The notes beneath the pieces are model-generated. The model saw nothing but the letters and a program-made list of their open reading frames with translations. It did no database searches and was not told the origin of the DNA. A stretch of 64,000 bases of DNA from Octopus vulgaris (taxonomy: Eukaryota): assembly GCA_951406725.2 (NCBI GenBank), contig OX597830.1, forward strand, positions 5,766,001 through 5,830,000, read 5' to 3'. The position numbers and the translations under genes are program-made. Numbering within the stretch: the first letter of the stretch is position 1; every line of letters begins with the position of its first letter. Shown here piece after piece: positions 41,777 to 56,415 of this stretch.

Positions 41777-41852
<76 letters not shown>
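41691..41852. repeat. (TCTA)n microsatellite, right flank of the Tx1-clade LINE
   Basis: Direct observation. Confidence 0.95.
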
Positions 41853-41853
<1 letters not shown>

Positions 41854-42121
41854 ACTATCCGTTTGTCTGTGTAAAGATAATGCCAATGCAGTTGGCTCAT
41901 TTGCTACTCCAACGAACTACAGCCTCAGTAGTTTCCCGCATTCTCAGTTTCTCTGTATTTCTTTGTAAGAAAACTGTTTTAAAATGTTGAAATGAGTTAA
42001 ATACTCCTTCAGTTTTTATTTCGAAATCTCATATCCACATTCTTCAGCTGTGTGTACCTGTGCAAAGGTACATGTACTTGAGCGTTTGTCTATATGAGTA
42101 CGCACACATGTGTGTCTGTGT

Positions 42122-42180
<59 letters not shown>

Positions 42181-43429
42181 TAATATGTTCATTGATATAT
42201 GTACATACAGGTACATATATACCTGAATGCGTGTGTTTATACACGAGTGTTAATAATAATATACAGTTGTATGTGTCCGTAAATGCCTATAGACACCCAT
42301 GTTTGTGCGCTCGCATGTTTTGTGTGTGTGTTTGAGATATATATATAGAGAGAGAGGGTGAGAGTGAGAGAGAGAGAAAGAACAGTTTCGTTACCAACGT
42401 CACCGAAATATTTCGTCATTTCCTCTATGTTTATCGTTTTTCTTTCCTTTGTTTATTTCTGTTTAGTTCCAAACTTGAAAAATTCCGCTGAGGAATATAA
42501 TTGTGTTTTTCTCCTTAATTGCTACAGTATTTAATCATTTCGTGTGATTCAGCATATTTTTAATTGTCATATATATTTATTTTCTAATTTGTTTTTGTAA
42601 ATATTGCCTCCAGCGAAATTTGATGGCAAATCATTTTAGCATTTTAGCTGATTATTTGATTCCATAACCATTTACGTTCGTCTTAGCATCATACTTGCTT
42701 CTCAACCTGATATAAACACAATCTATAATAGAATTATTTAATTATTATTTCTGTTTCTCTCTTAACTTATAGAGGAAACCCTAGATGTCATGTAAAGTTG
42801 ATTGTCTTCAGAAATATCAGAAGTACATTGAAATATTTTGGAGTTTAATTCTCAATCAACTATTTGCCTTTGATAATTTATGTTATTTAGTTTTTTTTAT
42901 TGTGTGGAGGTCAGGTCTCTGTATTTCGATTCTCCATTGATGTGATGAGTTCACTGGAAACAAAAGAAGATTTCGTCATTTGTAAATTTGCTCAAATAAT
43001 ATCATTGAATAAATTAAGAAATGCGGGGCCCCCTACATGGTTGTACGGCCCGCTAGGAGTAGCAACCCAATCTACATCTCAATACCAAAAACGAAACGAC
43101 ACCTAAATAAAAGCAGGGAGGTGTGTATGTTTAATAAGATTTCATTAACACTACGTAGGTTCAGGCTCCCTTCTGTCATGCGGCACCTTCAGCAAATGTC
43201 TTCTACTTTGCTCCTCGAAGACCACCAATGCTTTGTTAGTTCATTTCGTAGACAGAAACTGAAAGAAGCCCCCCCCCCCCCACCTTATTCCTGTTCATAT
43301 ACGTGCGTCATTGTGATTTTTTTGACGACGAGTATTCGTTTGATTACCTTCTCAAAACTTATGGGATCGGCAAGGGGTAGACTAATCGAATAACTACCAG
43401 ACATAAAAAGAGGGACAGGTTTTGATCCC

Positions 43430-43790
43430 TCCAAGGAAAAGGTAAACAGGTAATAGTGAAGTGAAGGCCACCATCTGCAGCAGTAGCGATTACTTTGAAA
43501 TTAAGGTTTCATGGGGTTTGGTGTGGTAGGGAAGGACTTGTTTAACTTACTGGAGAGACATGGAGCTTCCTTCACACCCAATAATAACTGGATAGATTTC
43601 GATGATTTCGATGACCTTCCATCCAGATACAGGATTGCTGGACTAGAGACAAACATCAACCAGAAGAGACTTAATCTGCCTACCAATAATGTAGATGGTT
43701 ATACATGACTGTGTTCGCCGGTAATATTGACGATGTTGCTAACATCGACATGGACTCGTGGACATTGCAGCACATCATGGTAAGAGTTAG
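43430..43790 (+). mobile_element. Possible ancient RTE-like RT fragment
   Basis: LFNLLER and FAGNIDDVA…LQHIM loosely match LFNIFLE and RFADDIDxxA…LQ. Confidence 0.3.
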
Positions 43791-44371
43791 AGTTTTGTAA
43801 GTCGAGAGATAAGGAGATAACTACACAATATTAGCTAATGATTACTGACTCCCTAATACACACAAAGAGGTGTTCATAAATATCGATTATGTCACGTCTC
43901 TGCCGAAGGTTTTGCGCATAGAATGAGAAGCTGTTTAGAAATTCCATTAAAGTCTAACTTACAAAAACGAAATGATGTCGCTAAAACAATATGTATGTAT
44001 GTATGCATGTATGTATGTATGTATGTATGTATGTATGTATGTATGTATGTATGTATGTATGTATGTATGTATGTATGTATGCATGCATGTATGTATGTAT
44101 GTATGTATGTACGTATGTATGAATGCATGCATGTATGTATGAATGCATGTATGTATATACATATCTAAAAAAAGAATTGTATATGCTTATATGCAGGCAT
44201 GCATACATACACACAAACATGCACTACACACATATTGAAATATGTGTACGCACATATGTATGCATGCATACTTTTTAATTTGCATACCTACATATATGTA
44301 AATATACCCTATACGTAAATATATGAATACACACGTATACACACACATGAATCTATCTGTCTATCTATCTA

Positions 44372-44424
<53 letters not shown>

Positions 44425-44644
44425 TAGTTGTAAGGGTTCTTTATGAATCGAGGCACAGCAAAATGTAAGACGCCAGAAAACGGCCGCGCACAAACATAAA
44501 GAACTCACAGTAAAATAAAACAACCTTGTAAATTTTGTAGTGCTGGCAGAATAAAGTTTAGAAGCCATTCATGTTTAGAGTTTTATACAAACATATGCGC
44601 ATATGTGTTTTGTGCACGCATGTGTGTATGTCTGTGCAGAGAGG

Positions 44645-44714
<70 letters not shown>

Positions 44715-46304
44715 GAAAGAGTGAGAGCGGGTAGGGAAAGAGAATGTGAGAGAAATGAATATGTATTCATAATTTGGTATATAATAATTTCACAGTATCA
44801 GTCTGTGGTTATTTGGGAAACTGTCATAATGAAGTTATCGCTTTACGAAAGAGAAAATTAATATTGACGTCTATAAACAAACACCAGGTAAAAACTGTGC
44901 TGTTCTTTACTTTGATCAAACAACTAACGAAAGGAGAAGATTTTACATGGAAATTGGAGCGAGAGAGCAGCGCAGCAGTTTTGGTTGAAACATTTTACTC
45001 TAATCGCTTCAATGTCAATTTAAAATTGTTGTCCATTGCCGGGATAATTGCATTTGACTTGAAAGAAATACAATTTTAAAGAAAGAAAAAAATACGCAGG
45101 CAACTACTTCAGAGACGGTAGGGAAAGATGGACGGAACAATAACATTTACAGTCTAGAATTAACAAGATACACAAATGGTGAGTTATATTTGTTTGTTGC
45201 TAAAAGAAAATGGAGCATTTGCAAAGAATGATAGCAATTTATTCTCTCTTCTTTCAGTACGTACTTCGTAATCGGCTTATATCGTTTACAAAGACATATA
45301 GTTTATGAAACGAAGTGATGCTGTTATGTGTTATGCCTCGTCACATAATGGCAGAATATCATTAAGAATCCATGTTAAGTGTCACAAGTACTGCACATCT
45401 GACTGTTAAATTTCTGTTTTACTGAAAATGCGATCTACTTTGATTCCTAAGAGACATCGTTTTACTTCTATTTTACCAATATTATTCTCAGGAAAACGGC
45501 AGATGTTACGAAAACACAAACGCCTTGTATATTTAACAAACTTCTTTACAATTTTATTATTATTACTTTGTCAAATACAATGAAAGTGAAACTTTGCTGA
45601 TGAGATCATATTAAGTAGGAAACATTCATATTTATCGCCCGTACTTGTAGAAAACATAAAATGATATTAGTAAGTAATTTTGATATTAGCTCAGCATATA
45701 TTTGTTTCGAGTCGTCTTACGTTAAAACACACGCGGAGTAGGGGTGAGGATACGACCGAGACCAGTAGTTAATTTCTTTATTGAATTCGCATAGATGAAA
45801 GGAAAATCGGGCTCTAGCGGGATTTGAACATAGGGAGCAAGGGCTTAAACAAATACTACCAGGAATTCTATCCGACCTGCCACCGATACAGCCATTTAGT
45901 TATCTTTAACTCTAGCCAACTTCTTAATATTTCCTGTGTTAAACCGAGATATCCTACAAATGGCTTAAATAAGTACGAACATTGCTGCTACGAAACAATC
46001 AGGCGTGTAATTACCATTGTTTAATTTAACTCCAGGTTGGCACTAATCGAAATGATTTACAACCGTGCTAATCTTTGCATTCTAGTATTATATTTTTAGT
46101 TAGACTTTCTACGACACTATCGAATGTATCCCACCACTGAGAGGTGGAGTGGTGTGGCTTTTAGTGAGATTAGGCTAACATTCGTGGTTGTGTTGGTAGT
46201 ATTGGTGGGACACTCCCTTTCTGGTCATGCATCTTTTATTTGCTTACCATCAGTTGGATGACAAATAGGACCCAGAGAAACAAAACTTAAGTTAGCGTTC
46301 TACC

Positions 46305-46470
46305 AGAGGCACGAGGGGTGAGAGAGCTAAGTGGTTATATCAAACCCCATTGCTCAACTGGAACTTATTTCGTCGACCCCGAAAGGATGAAAAGTAAATC
46401 GACGACGGCGGAATGTGAGTTTAGATTATAAAGCCGGAAGAAATGCCACGAAGTATTTTGTCCGGTGTCA
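46305..46470 (-). mobile_element. Degenerate SINE family A copy
   Basis: CTCAACTGGAACTTATTTCGTCGACCCCGAAAGGATGAAAAG matches the reverse complement of the family A core. A further worn copy lies at about 45720-45890. Confidence 0.65.
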
Positions 46471-47619
46471 CAGATTCATGGTTCTTCAAAAGTCAAATAG
46501 TTGGTTAATGGACAAAAATCTGCATCTGTGGTGCTGCAGAATTTCCGAAGAAGTTCCAGTTATACGAGAACACTTAGAAATTGTTTGGGCAAAAATTGAA
46601 AAGTTGCATAAACGGAAAATGAAACACAATAACCCATCGGAAAATAAAAAAAATATGTTTTTAAAAATCAAAAAGATATCAACGAGGTAATGGCCAGGAG
46701 AAAATATTTTACTCAGCCACGCCGGATTCAACAATGGCTACGGGACCTGGTGTTTGCGTCCCCTACTCTGTACCTGCGAAGATCTCCTGGCAACACTTTG
46801 TTCTTGAACACTAGTTCGGCCTGTGCTTTACAAGCGCTCACACAAAATAGTCTATTTAATTACAATCAAGGGAATTAGTTAGGTTAGAAATCGGGGACTG
46901 TGAAGTCGTAGAAATTCTCCAACAATCACTTTTGACATTTTCTCGAATCTTGCTACCACTTATATGCGAAAGCTCATGCCTTTAGTGCTTCGGGTAACCC
47001 TGGGTTTGTGGGGTTCCTTGGTTGGCCCTAGTCGGATTTTTTCATTTTATCATAAAACCTACATCATTCATGCTCACCATACTTTGTGTACCATGTATAG
47101 AGTTTTCTCATTTCACCGTAGTTCCATTTCCTCCTCCTCATATTTTATCTAACCGCTCACCACAAATTGTAGACTATCCTTGTGATGTCACCCTCTTACA
47201 TGCCCCTATGTCTAATAAAGGAAATTACTATTATTGTTGTTGTTGCTATTGATGGCGGTGGTGGTAGTAGTATTTGTAGCAGCAGCAGCAGAAAAAATAT
47301 TATTACCAAATTCGCAAGCCCGTCGGTGACTGTCATATCTTTCAGTTCCCCATGATATCACGTGTCATGACACGTGATGGTCTCACTATTCAGTTTATAA
47401 GTCAGTGTTGCTCACATATTGTCATCATTTGCAACTATTGATTTTTTTTCTCCAGTTAAAGTTAACCAGTTTAGTTTTGATGGAATTTAACGTTTCAACA
47501 TATATCTCGTCATCACTTTCTTAGATTTCGATACACAATCGTATCAGTGTTGTTGTCAATGTTGTTGCTGTCATGATGTTTATTTTGATGTTGATGTTGT
47601 TCTTGATTTTGTTGTTGTT

Positions 47620-47985
47620 CGATTTATCTTTTATCTTTTACTTAATTCAGTCACTGGAATCCTTTGTTGAACGAATCGATCCCTGTACTTTTTTCGTAAA
47701 TACACCGGGACCGGTTGTGAAGAAGTTATGTGGGACAAACCCAGACACAAAGACACACGCTCACACGTGCACACACACACACACACACACGCTCACACAC
47801 ACACACACGCACACACACACACACACGCACACACACACACACACACATATATATACGTCAAACTTACAAGGCTTCGAGCGGCCCACAGTCATGTTACATG
47901 ACATCTGTGTGGGTTGGCATGGAGAGAAAATAAACCCAGAACCATGTTGTTGAGGAGCAAACCACACAGCCACACTTGCGCCGTT
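47620..47985 (-). mobile_element. Degenerate SINE family B copy
   Basis: TTCAGTCA…GAATCGATCCC…GGGACAAAC…(CA)n…CCCAGAACCATGT…CCACACAGCCACACTTGCGCC. Confidence 0.65.
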
Positions 47986-49263
47986 GCAAGTTTTCTTAGA
48001 ATCTTCAAGATTCTGATGTTATTATTATTTTTGTTGGTGTTGCTGCGTTTAATACCTACTCTGAAAAAGACGATTAAGAGCTTTCCAACCGTGTCCCACC
48101 CGTCATTTACTTAAGGTATAACGTATCTAGGATTACACTGCGTAGAATTTCATTTCATTTCTAAGACCGTGTTATGTTATCATGGAGGAATTTTGATTAC
48201 TGTTTCTAGAACAGAGATTCCTACGTTGGTCATTCCGAACGCTTCAAGAAACGTACCGAACGGGTGATACAAATGAAACCTCTTCGCGGACTCTATATGT
48301 CTGAAATTTTAGCGAAACCATCCTCAAATCTATATTAATGAATAAGGAAACACACATGAGATAAAGTAGTGCTAGAAATGGGATGACCATTTAACAAGTT
48401 TTAAAAATCAACCACAACACACGGTGAAGTGCCATACATAAGAGGAAAAGAAGAGGGTGTGGAATTGGGAACAGGAGAAATACTGAAAAAAAGGAAAACA
48501 TTTTGATACAAAATAATTTCCGTCATATGAAACAAAGGAATACTAAAATATGAAGGGAAGAAACTATGAGGTTTGGAACTTCGAAGGACAGCTGTTTCAA
48601 AAATCTGTTTAAGATGCCATGTTTCATGAAATACTTCGGGGCACTAGGTGTGAATGTAGCGTTTTTCGCAAGGCAAAAGAAGAAAATTGTTTCGATCCAA
48701 GAGTTTACGTAAACAAACGGAAGTTTCCATTACACTGTGTTTGTGCGTGTGTGTGTGTGTGTGTGAAGCAGTGTGTGCGTGTGTATATGGAAATAAAACA
48801 ATAAATAAATAAATAAAATAAAAGCACGTTAAACATTTTATCTGCCATCTCCTTTCTTCCCATGCCAGATATATATTTGGTTATATGTTTGACAGTTATG
48901 GCTTGTTTAGTGTGAAGTATATCTGCAGAGTCTACAGTTTCTTTGACGTGTTCTAAATAAATCCAATTAATATTCTTTCCATCAGGTATTTTTATAACTA
49001 ACGTCCGCTCTAGTATTACTTTCAAGCTATTTACCCATCAAGTAGGCAGGTTTGTCATGTTGTTACAGAGAATCTGAGATGGCGATTTTATCTTATCTCA
49101 TCCCGAGATATACAACCTTTCTTGTTTTCATTACATATCCTGTTTCACAAATTAGTATTACAATTCTAGCTAATTTCCACATAATTATACCTGACGAGCT
49201 TCTAATATTTCAGGCATTCGCAAAAATGATTGCTGAAGAGAGAGAGAGAGAGGGGGGGAAGAT

Positions 49264-49308
<45 letters not shown>

Positions 49309-49878
49309 GAGAGTGAGTGAGATAAAACTTTTGTATGAAAGTTAGGTGCAAAGTTTATACTAAAATACCACTTGAATCAGATCCCTTTCTATTGCCAGTT
49401 GTTGTTGAACCCCAGGTCAGGCATGGTAGAGAAGATCTATGATTAAAAGCGTACCAGTTGCAAACATTCTGTCCGATCTGGAGTATCTTAGGGACACACG
49501 TCCTACATTATTTATGGGGGGAAGTGTTTCATTGAAAGGGGACTTGTATATCTTGCAGGCTAAGTAAACAGGCAGATGCTCCTAAAACTGATGCCTTCTT
49601 TTCGCTCGTTCCGTGAACATAACAGTATAGCTTTATAAGATATAATTTCTATTTGAACAGCTTCATAAATGTGGAAGGGCTTCGTTATTTTCAATATAAT
49701 CGGTATCTTCAAGTCATGTGTTATGTATGGCAGATGAAATTTGTATCTAGTTATAAATATTAAGACAAACATACATGGCTAGTTATAATATTAAGACACG
49801 CGCACATGCAAATACTCATTGTATTTTGTTAATTCTAAATCTGCCAGATACCTAGCATCATATCGCTCGTGTGGTTCC

Positions 49879-49936
<58 letters not shown>

Positions 49937-49946
49937 CATATATATG

Positions 49947-50007
<61 letters not shown>

Positions 50008-50009
<2 letters not shown>

Positions 50010-50185
50010 AGTTAATCCAAACAAGAAAACAGTAAAAAAAACACAACAACGCCAGGACGTGGAACAAATATAGTATTATTGGATGCTCAGGAAAGAAGGA
50101 AAGAAGGAGCTCTTCGTCGGAAACATAGGAGAAGGAAAGATCCAGAGAAGAGAAGACAGAGGAAAAAAAATCGCCAACGGTACAC
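50008..50185 (-). mobile_element. (TA)n-flanked short element related in layout to 23874-24050, with a partial hammerhead core
   Basis: Minus strand CCGACGA-A-GAGC at 50120-50107, GAAAC half missing. A fragment of the same family lies at about 35180-35235 in the opposite orientation. Confidence 0.5.
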
Positions 50186-50549
50186 ATATATATGTATATT
50201 TGTATGTGGGCATGTGTGTGTGTGTGAGGGGTCTCTCTGTCCATTTATAGCTAGAAAGGTTCTAGCATCTACATGAAAACGAAAAGCTAATTCCGCGGAA
50301 GTCAATGGAAGAATGTCCCGAGTCTCTACGCACCCCGCTAAGGAAGCTTCCTGCCCTCTTCAAAAACGTTGCACATAACGCATTCTACCCCTCCAACCAC
50401 ACACCTCCAAAAAAAAACGACTGGTCTAAGTGAGATAACTAAATAAAACTTCGGGGAAAGCTAAAAACGTACTATAATTTAATGAAATTAAGTATTACAT
50501 CAAACAAAAATAGAAATGGCTGTTTTTTTGACGAATATAGTATGCAGTT

Positions 50550-51035
50550 GACAGTGGTTGTGCGAAAGAGCAATCATGGCGCCAAAGAACATTACTGTGA
50601 GTAATTCAATGAACATACTTAGAAATCTATAAACTCTGTTGCTGATGACTCGGAAATTGTCATCGGTTCAGTTCTTAAACTCCCTGGAGCCACCAGGAGC
50701 TCCTCCTCATTGCCTTCCATTGAAAACAGGTGCTCCGATCATGCTTCTGCCCGACGTTTCTCAACCAAAGCCGTGCAACGTCACAAGACTCGTGAAGAAA
50801 TTAACGAGAAATATCATAGAGTCCATGAGAATTTCTGTCTGTGGAAAAAGCGGAGATATTTTTATTCCTCGCTTACCTCTAATACCGTTCAAATTCGAAA
50901 GACTTCAATTTCCATTACGTCTGTATTTTGAGATATCCATTAATAAGTCCCAAGATCACACTTTGAAAGTTACTCGTTTGCAATTATAGGAGGTCTGTTT
51001 GTCACGCAGTCAGTTATATGTTGGTGCTCCAGAAT
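50550..51035 (+). mobile_element. Helitron PIF1-like helicase C-terminal fragment
   Basis: [26 protein letters not shown]…FIPRLPLIP…[14 protein letters not shown]…QLYV. Confidence 0.88.
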
Positions 51036-51179
51036 GGGGAACAAAAACAATCTTTCATTTTCGCCGCTACTGTTAAAACCCGAAACGTTGTCTACAAGGA
51101 CATTTTTAGCATGGAACCAGCAAACTAAAATTTGCAGAATGGGTAATAAACTTGAATTGATATTGACAACGTCACATTA

Positions 51180-52469
51180 CGAGGGGCGTTCAGTAAGTAA
51201 TGCCCCTGACCCACTTCCCATACCAGTAGAGCAACGAAACTTGGCACAGTTATTAGTCTTTTTCTACATAGGAACCACCCAGAGTTACATATTTCTCTCA
51301 TCGTTTAATGCAGCGCTGGAGACCGTTTTTGTAGAAGAACCCAGCTTGGTCCTCCAACCTCAACGTGACTTTAGAAATCAAGGCTGCATCATCTGTGAAA
51401 TGCTTTCCTTTCAAAAACAACTTCATGGCTGGGAAGGTGAAAATCAGAGGGTGCAAGGTCAGAAGCGTAGTGGGGATGGGAAAGGAGTTCATAGCAGCAC
51501 GCCTGTGCTTCTGATCTGGCGACACGCGAGTTGTGGACTGGAGCGTTGTCCTGCAGGAGGAGGATGCCTTTGCTGATCTTGCCCCACCTCTTGATTTTGA
51601 TAGCTTCTCTTAATTTCCTCAAAAGTGAAGCATAATAGGATCCTGTAATTGTGGTACCCTTTGCCAGGAAATCTGTCATCACTATTCCGTCCTGGTCCCA
51701 GAAGACTGTGAGCATGACCTTGCCAGCGGAGGGCTGCACCCTTGCCTTCTTTGGAGGAGGTGAGTCACGGTGCTTCCACTGCATTGACTGGGCTTTGGTC
51801 TCTGAATCATAGTGATGGACCCAGGTTTCATCCTGTGTAATCAGTCTTTTGAAAAATTTTGACTCATCTTCTTGGCACATCTCCAAATTCATCCTCGAGC
51901 ACTTGACGCGTTCTTGCTTCTGGAAAGGTGTGAGCAACCTGGGAATCCATCTGGCAGACACCATTTGCATATGCAAATGGTCATGAATGATAGCTTCCAC
52001 AGACCCGGTACTAATCTTGACCTCATGGGCTATTTGGCGAATAGTTATGCATCGATCTTCCAAAATGGCAGCCTCAACTTGACGGACAGATGCCTCATCA
52101 ATGGCAGAAGGGGGTGACCAGATCTGGGAGCTGTTTCCACAGAGTTCCGACCATGTTTGAATTCACGATCCCAGCGTTTTACAAGGTCATATGATGGGGC
52201 ATCATCACCATAAGTTACTTTCATTTCATCAAAAGTCTCCTGTGGTGTGCGTCCTTTCAAATACAAAAACCGGATCACTGCTCGACACTCAACAGGCTCC
52301 ATTTCACACTTGACTCAGTTCAAACACCTGTAAATCAGAGACCACAATTAGTTCAGAGCTGTAATTTGCTACTTAATCTATAGAGATATAAATAATTGCA
52401 CATGCAAAATTTCAGCTAGATCAAACAACTGCAAGTGGGTCAGAGGCATTACTTATTGAACGTCCCTCG
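51180..52469 (-). mobile_element. Full-length 1290-bp mariner element (irritans/Hsmar2-like), transposase broken by two frameshifts
   Basis: TA flanks at 51178-79 and 52470-71. ~37-bp TIRs CGAGGG.CGTTCA.TAAGTAATGCC.CTGACCCACTT. ORF pieces 52302→51298 contain WIPRLL, TQDETW, QDNAPVH and YASDLAPSDF. Confidence 0.96.
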
Positions 52470-52659
52470 TATATTCGCCTAAGGAAAGCTATTTGTATTT
52501 TTGCTCGTTGTAATACTTAAATCCGATAAATTATAGAACATATATTTTTAGTTTTCCCTAAACTTATATTTAGTTATCTTGTACTTGACATAAGTCAGAG
52601 TGTGTGATGTTTGCTTCATCTATAAACTGAAATATTACGGGTTGTAGAGCAGAGGTTTA

Positions 52660-53466
52660 TATGCTGAAACCTGTAGAATTCTTTACTGCTACAGAAGCTG
52701 AACGAGAGGCAGTAAGAATTGATTACATCAACATCGAAGAAACGGATGTAATGTTAGCAATATATATTATAGATCCAAACTCAGCTGCTGGCCCTGATCG
52801 ATTCAGTCATAGAAATGAGTCCTTGCAAAAACATTGCAGCTACTTTTTCAGAACTTCCTCGCAAATGGTAAGCTCCCGGACAAACTAAAGGAGGAAATGG
52901 TAAGTTCCCGGACAAATTAATGGAGGAAATGGTAAGCTCCCGGACAAATTAAAGGAGAAAGCAGAGCAGATGCTAAAAACTACAGGCCTATCTCTCTGAT
53001 CGCACACATCAGCAGAGTCATGGAACGAATAGTCGGAAGAGAGTTGGTTGCATTCCTTGAAGAAAATGACTTTCTGACTGACACCCAACATGGTTTTCCA
53101 CCAGATAGATTCTGCCTGACACAACACTTGCAACATTACGACTGGGTGCTAAAGCAGCTACTCACCAACTCAAATGGGGACCCGATATCATTCAACTTTG
53201 CAAAAGCCTTTGTAAAAGTCGACCATTTGTCACAAACTCCGAAATCTTGGCATATTTGGAAAACTTGGAGAATGGCTACATGACTTTCTAAAAGATTGAA
53301 ATCAGGTAGGGGTGGTCAATAGTGCCACCTCCAAGAAAACACAAATAATAAGTGGTGTTCTAGATGGCACACCCCTGGGGCCACTGCTATTCATAGTGGC
53401 CCTCTCTGACATGCCCTCAGCTGCTCAAGTAGTTACCCTTGCTAACTATGCATAGGATACAGAAGT
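52660..53466 (+). mobile_element. CR1-like LINE RT fragment, degenerate, with a triplicated ~30-bp unit at about 52863-52956
   Basis: SAAGPD, NYRPISL, QHGF, FAKAF.KVDH, SGVLDGTPLGPLLF, YA*DT. Confidence 0.82.
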
Positions 53467-53767
53467 CTATATTTTATATATATGAAAGTAGGTGTGTGTG
53501 TGTGCGTGCGTGTGTGTGAGTGTTGTTCTCATTCACAGAGGAGCACAAACCTGAGTTACTTTTTTAAATGCCAGCTTCTAAAAACTCACAAATTTCCCTA
53601 CTGTAGTAAGACCAAGCCTAATATTAACAGTAATAATTATATCATTGTCCCCAAATAATTAAACTGAAAACTGGTTCTAATGAGATTGGAACCTGGCATA
53701 TTCAGAGACGGAACTAAATTATGAAATGCATTTAGATCGGAAATTTTAATTCCTATAACCAAAAAAA

Positions 53768-53817
<50 letters not shown>

Positions 53818-54730
53818 GAAAGTTAAAAGATCCTATATGCCTGTATAGAAAACAATATGAAAGGAATGTGCGCTTGTTCATATTTTGATTTGGGAATTTT
53901 AATCTGTTTGAAGATATTTGGTTCCATGAATTCAATTGAGGAATTTTCAATATAATATATTTTTTTAGTATTATTCGTTATCAAATTTAGGTGTGTAAGA
54001 AAAAACAGTGAACAAAAAGACAAAAAAAAAAATCTAGAAAAAGATAAAAAACTAAATATTTTTACCGAAATATATATACACGGATAAAAATTTATATATC
54101 ACTCCGTGGAATTATATTAACAATGGAAATAATGGAAATTGGGAACAGGTTTCAAGTTTTAAATGAATTTATACTATTGGGCGGGGGTGACATCAGGAAT
54201 TGTAGTGGGGTGGGGTGGGGTATATAAAGGGAAAGAAACGGGGGTGACTGATACATTTATATACATTATATACATTGATATATCATGAACGCAGGTATGC
54301 ATGTGGTAGTGCGAACGTGTTCTTTATTGGATGCGTAGAGGTGTGATAGTATTCATCTGAGTATGTGGGTGGTGTGTATATTTATTCTATATACATACAT
54401 GCGTGTTTGTGTGTGTGTGTCTGTGTGTACTGTGTGTATGTGTTTGTATGTGTGTGTGTGTGTGTGCGTATGTTTGTGCGTACGTGTGTATGTTTGTGTG
54501 TGTGTGTCTGTGTGTTATGCTCATGAATTTGCAGCGATTATCTCTCTTCTCACTTTCTACACCCGCTGCATCCCCGTTTCTGCTCCCCACTATAAATATA
54601 CACATGTACCTACATACACGCATACAAACACACACACGCACGCACACAATATATACATATACATATACATACGTATTTATATTTATTCATGTATGTATAT
54701 AATATACATGTATGTATTATGTAGATATAG

Positions 54731-54771
<41 letters not shown>

Positions 54772-54847
54772 TGTATGCCTATAAGTAATTTTCAAACTCG
54801 AAACACTATCCAACGTACATATGTATTTCGCGTGCATATATACATAC

Positions 54848-54892
<45 letters not shown>

Positions 54893-55343
54893 CAGATACA
54901 TACATTCATACACACACGTATATATGTGTGTGTGTGTGTATGTATATATGTATGTATGTATGCATGACGTATTATGCAAAGATTGGAGATGTGTAAATAA
55001 CGGAGAATTAAAATGAAAAACAAAACAAAGGGATAGAAAAAGCAACGCAAATAAAGTAAAAAGTAACATTTATTCCTTGTTGATAATGAAATAAGCAAGG
55101 TATATATTCAAATATCAAATCAATATTAAAATAATATAAACACTCACTCAGTGGATTCTATTGATGCTTATCACTAAACCTGATAAACATAGCTATATCT
55201 ATAATGGGTGTTGTTATTGTTGTTGTTGTTGTTATCATTGAGGGAAGCGGCGGGAACAGGGGAGATAACATAATCTTTCAAACAGCTTTGAATACATTTT
55301 TGATTCTCACCTTTCAATAAGGCGTGCAATAACGGTATTAAAC

Positions 55344-55381
<38 letters not shown>

Positions 55382-56372
55382 TATGTATAGTAAACATTAT
55401 ATATATATATATATACATATATGCATGTATACTAAATATTATATATATATATATCCGTTATGTTTGTGTGTGTGTGCAAACTAATCTAACAAAGAGAAGA
55501 CTAGAATTGCCAGAATTTTCATCAGATATTTCGCTGCGAAATTTTGCGTAATAGATTTCGATGTGACGAGATATTGAAGAATGAGAATTTAGTATTATGT
55601 TTTTCCAAAACCAATTACAGATGTATGATGATAGAGAGAGAGAGAGAGAGAGAGGAAAGAGGAGAACGGGGAGAGAACAAAGACACCAATCCATAAATGT
55701 ATAAACTAATGTATGCAGATGAGCCTGGCTAATATCATCGGGGGGGGGGGACTGAGAGCAGTTTACTGTAAAAGATAATCTGCTTCGTCAATGTGTGTGG
55801 TTGAACAAACACACACATACGCACACGCAGATATATGTGGGTGTATGTATAAATTGCTGTGTATATTTGTGGATGTATATGAGAGAGGAAATATTTGCAA
55901 TTCCGTCCTTAAGTATATACACGTATCTCATACGTGTATTTATTCATTAAACCATTCAATGAATCCTCATTAAATACAGTTGCACACCCACGCTCGTTTT
56001 TATGAGCGTTATTACGAGTGCGCATCCGTATGTATGTATGTGTATATGAATGTATGTAAATATATATGTATATACACGCATATATGTGTGTGTATGTGTG
56101 TGTGTTCAAAAATTGCACAGGTGGACCACAAAAGAACACACGAAAAATTATACACAAGACGTAGGCTTCATCCCTCATCGATTATCGTCCAAAAGTCATA
56201 ACAATTTCGCACCTTTTGCGATAAGATTGTTCAGTTTTGGTGGCGTGAACAGCAACAGACAGTTGAGAATATGTGAACGAATGTAGAAGATTGTGGGGAA
56301 AAATAAACGATAAACGAAGACAGAATAAGACAAGACATAATGGAAAACGACAGGTATGGTGGAGGCTCGAGG

Positions 56373-56415
<43 letters not shown>

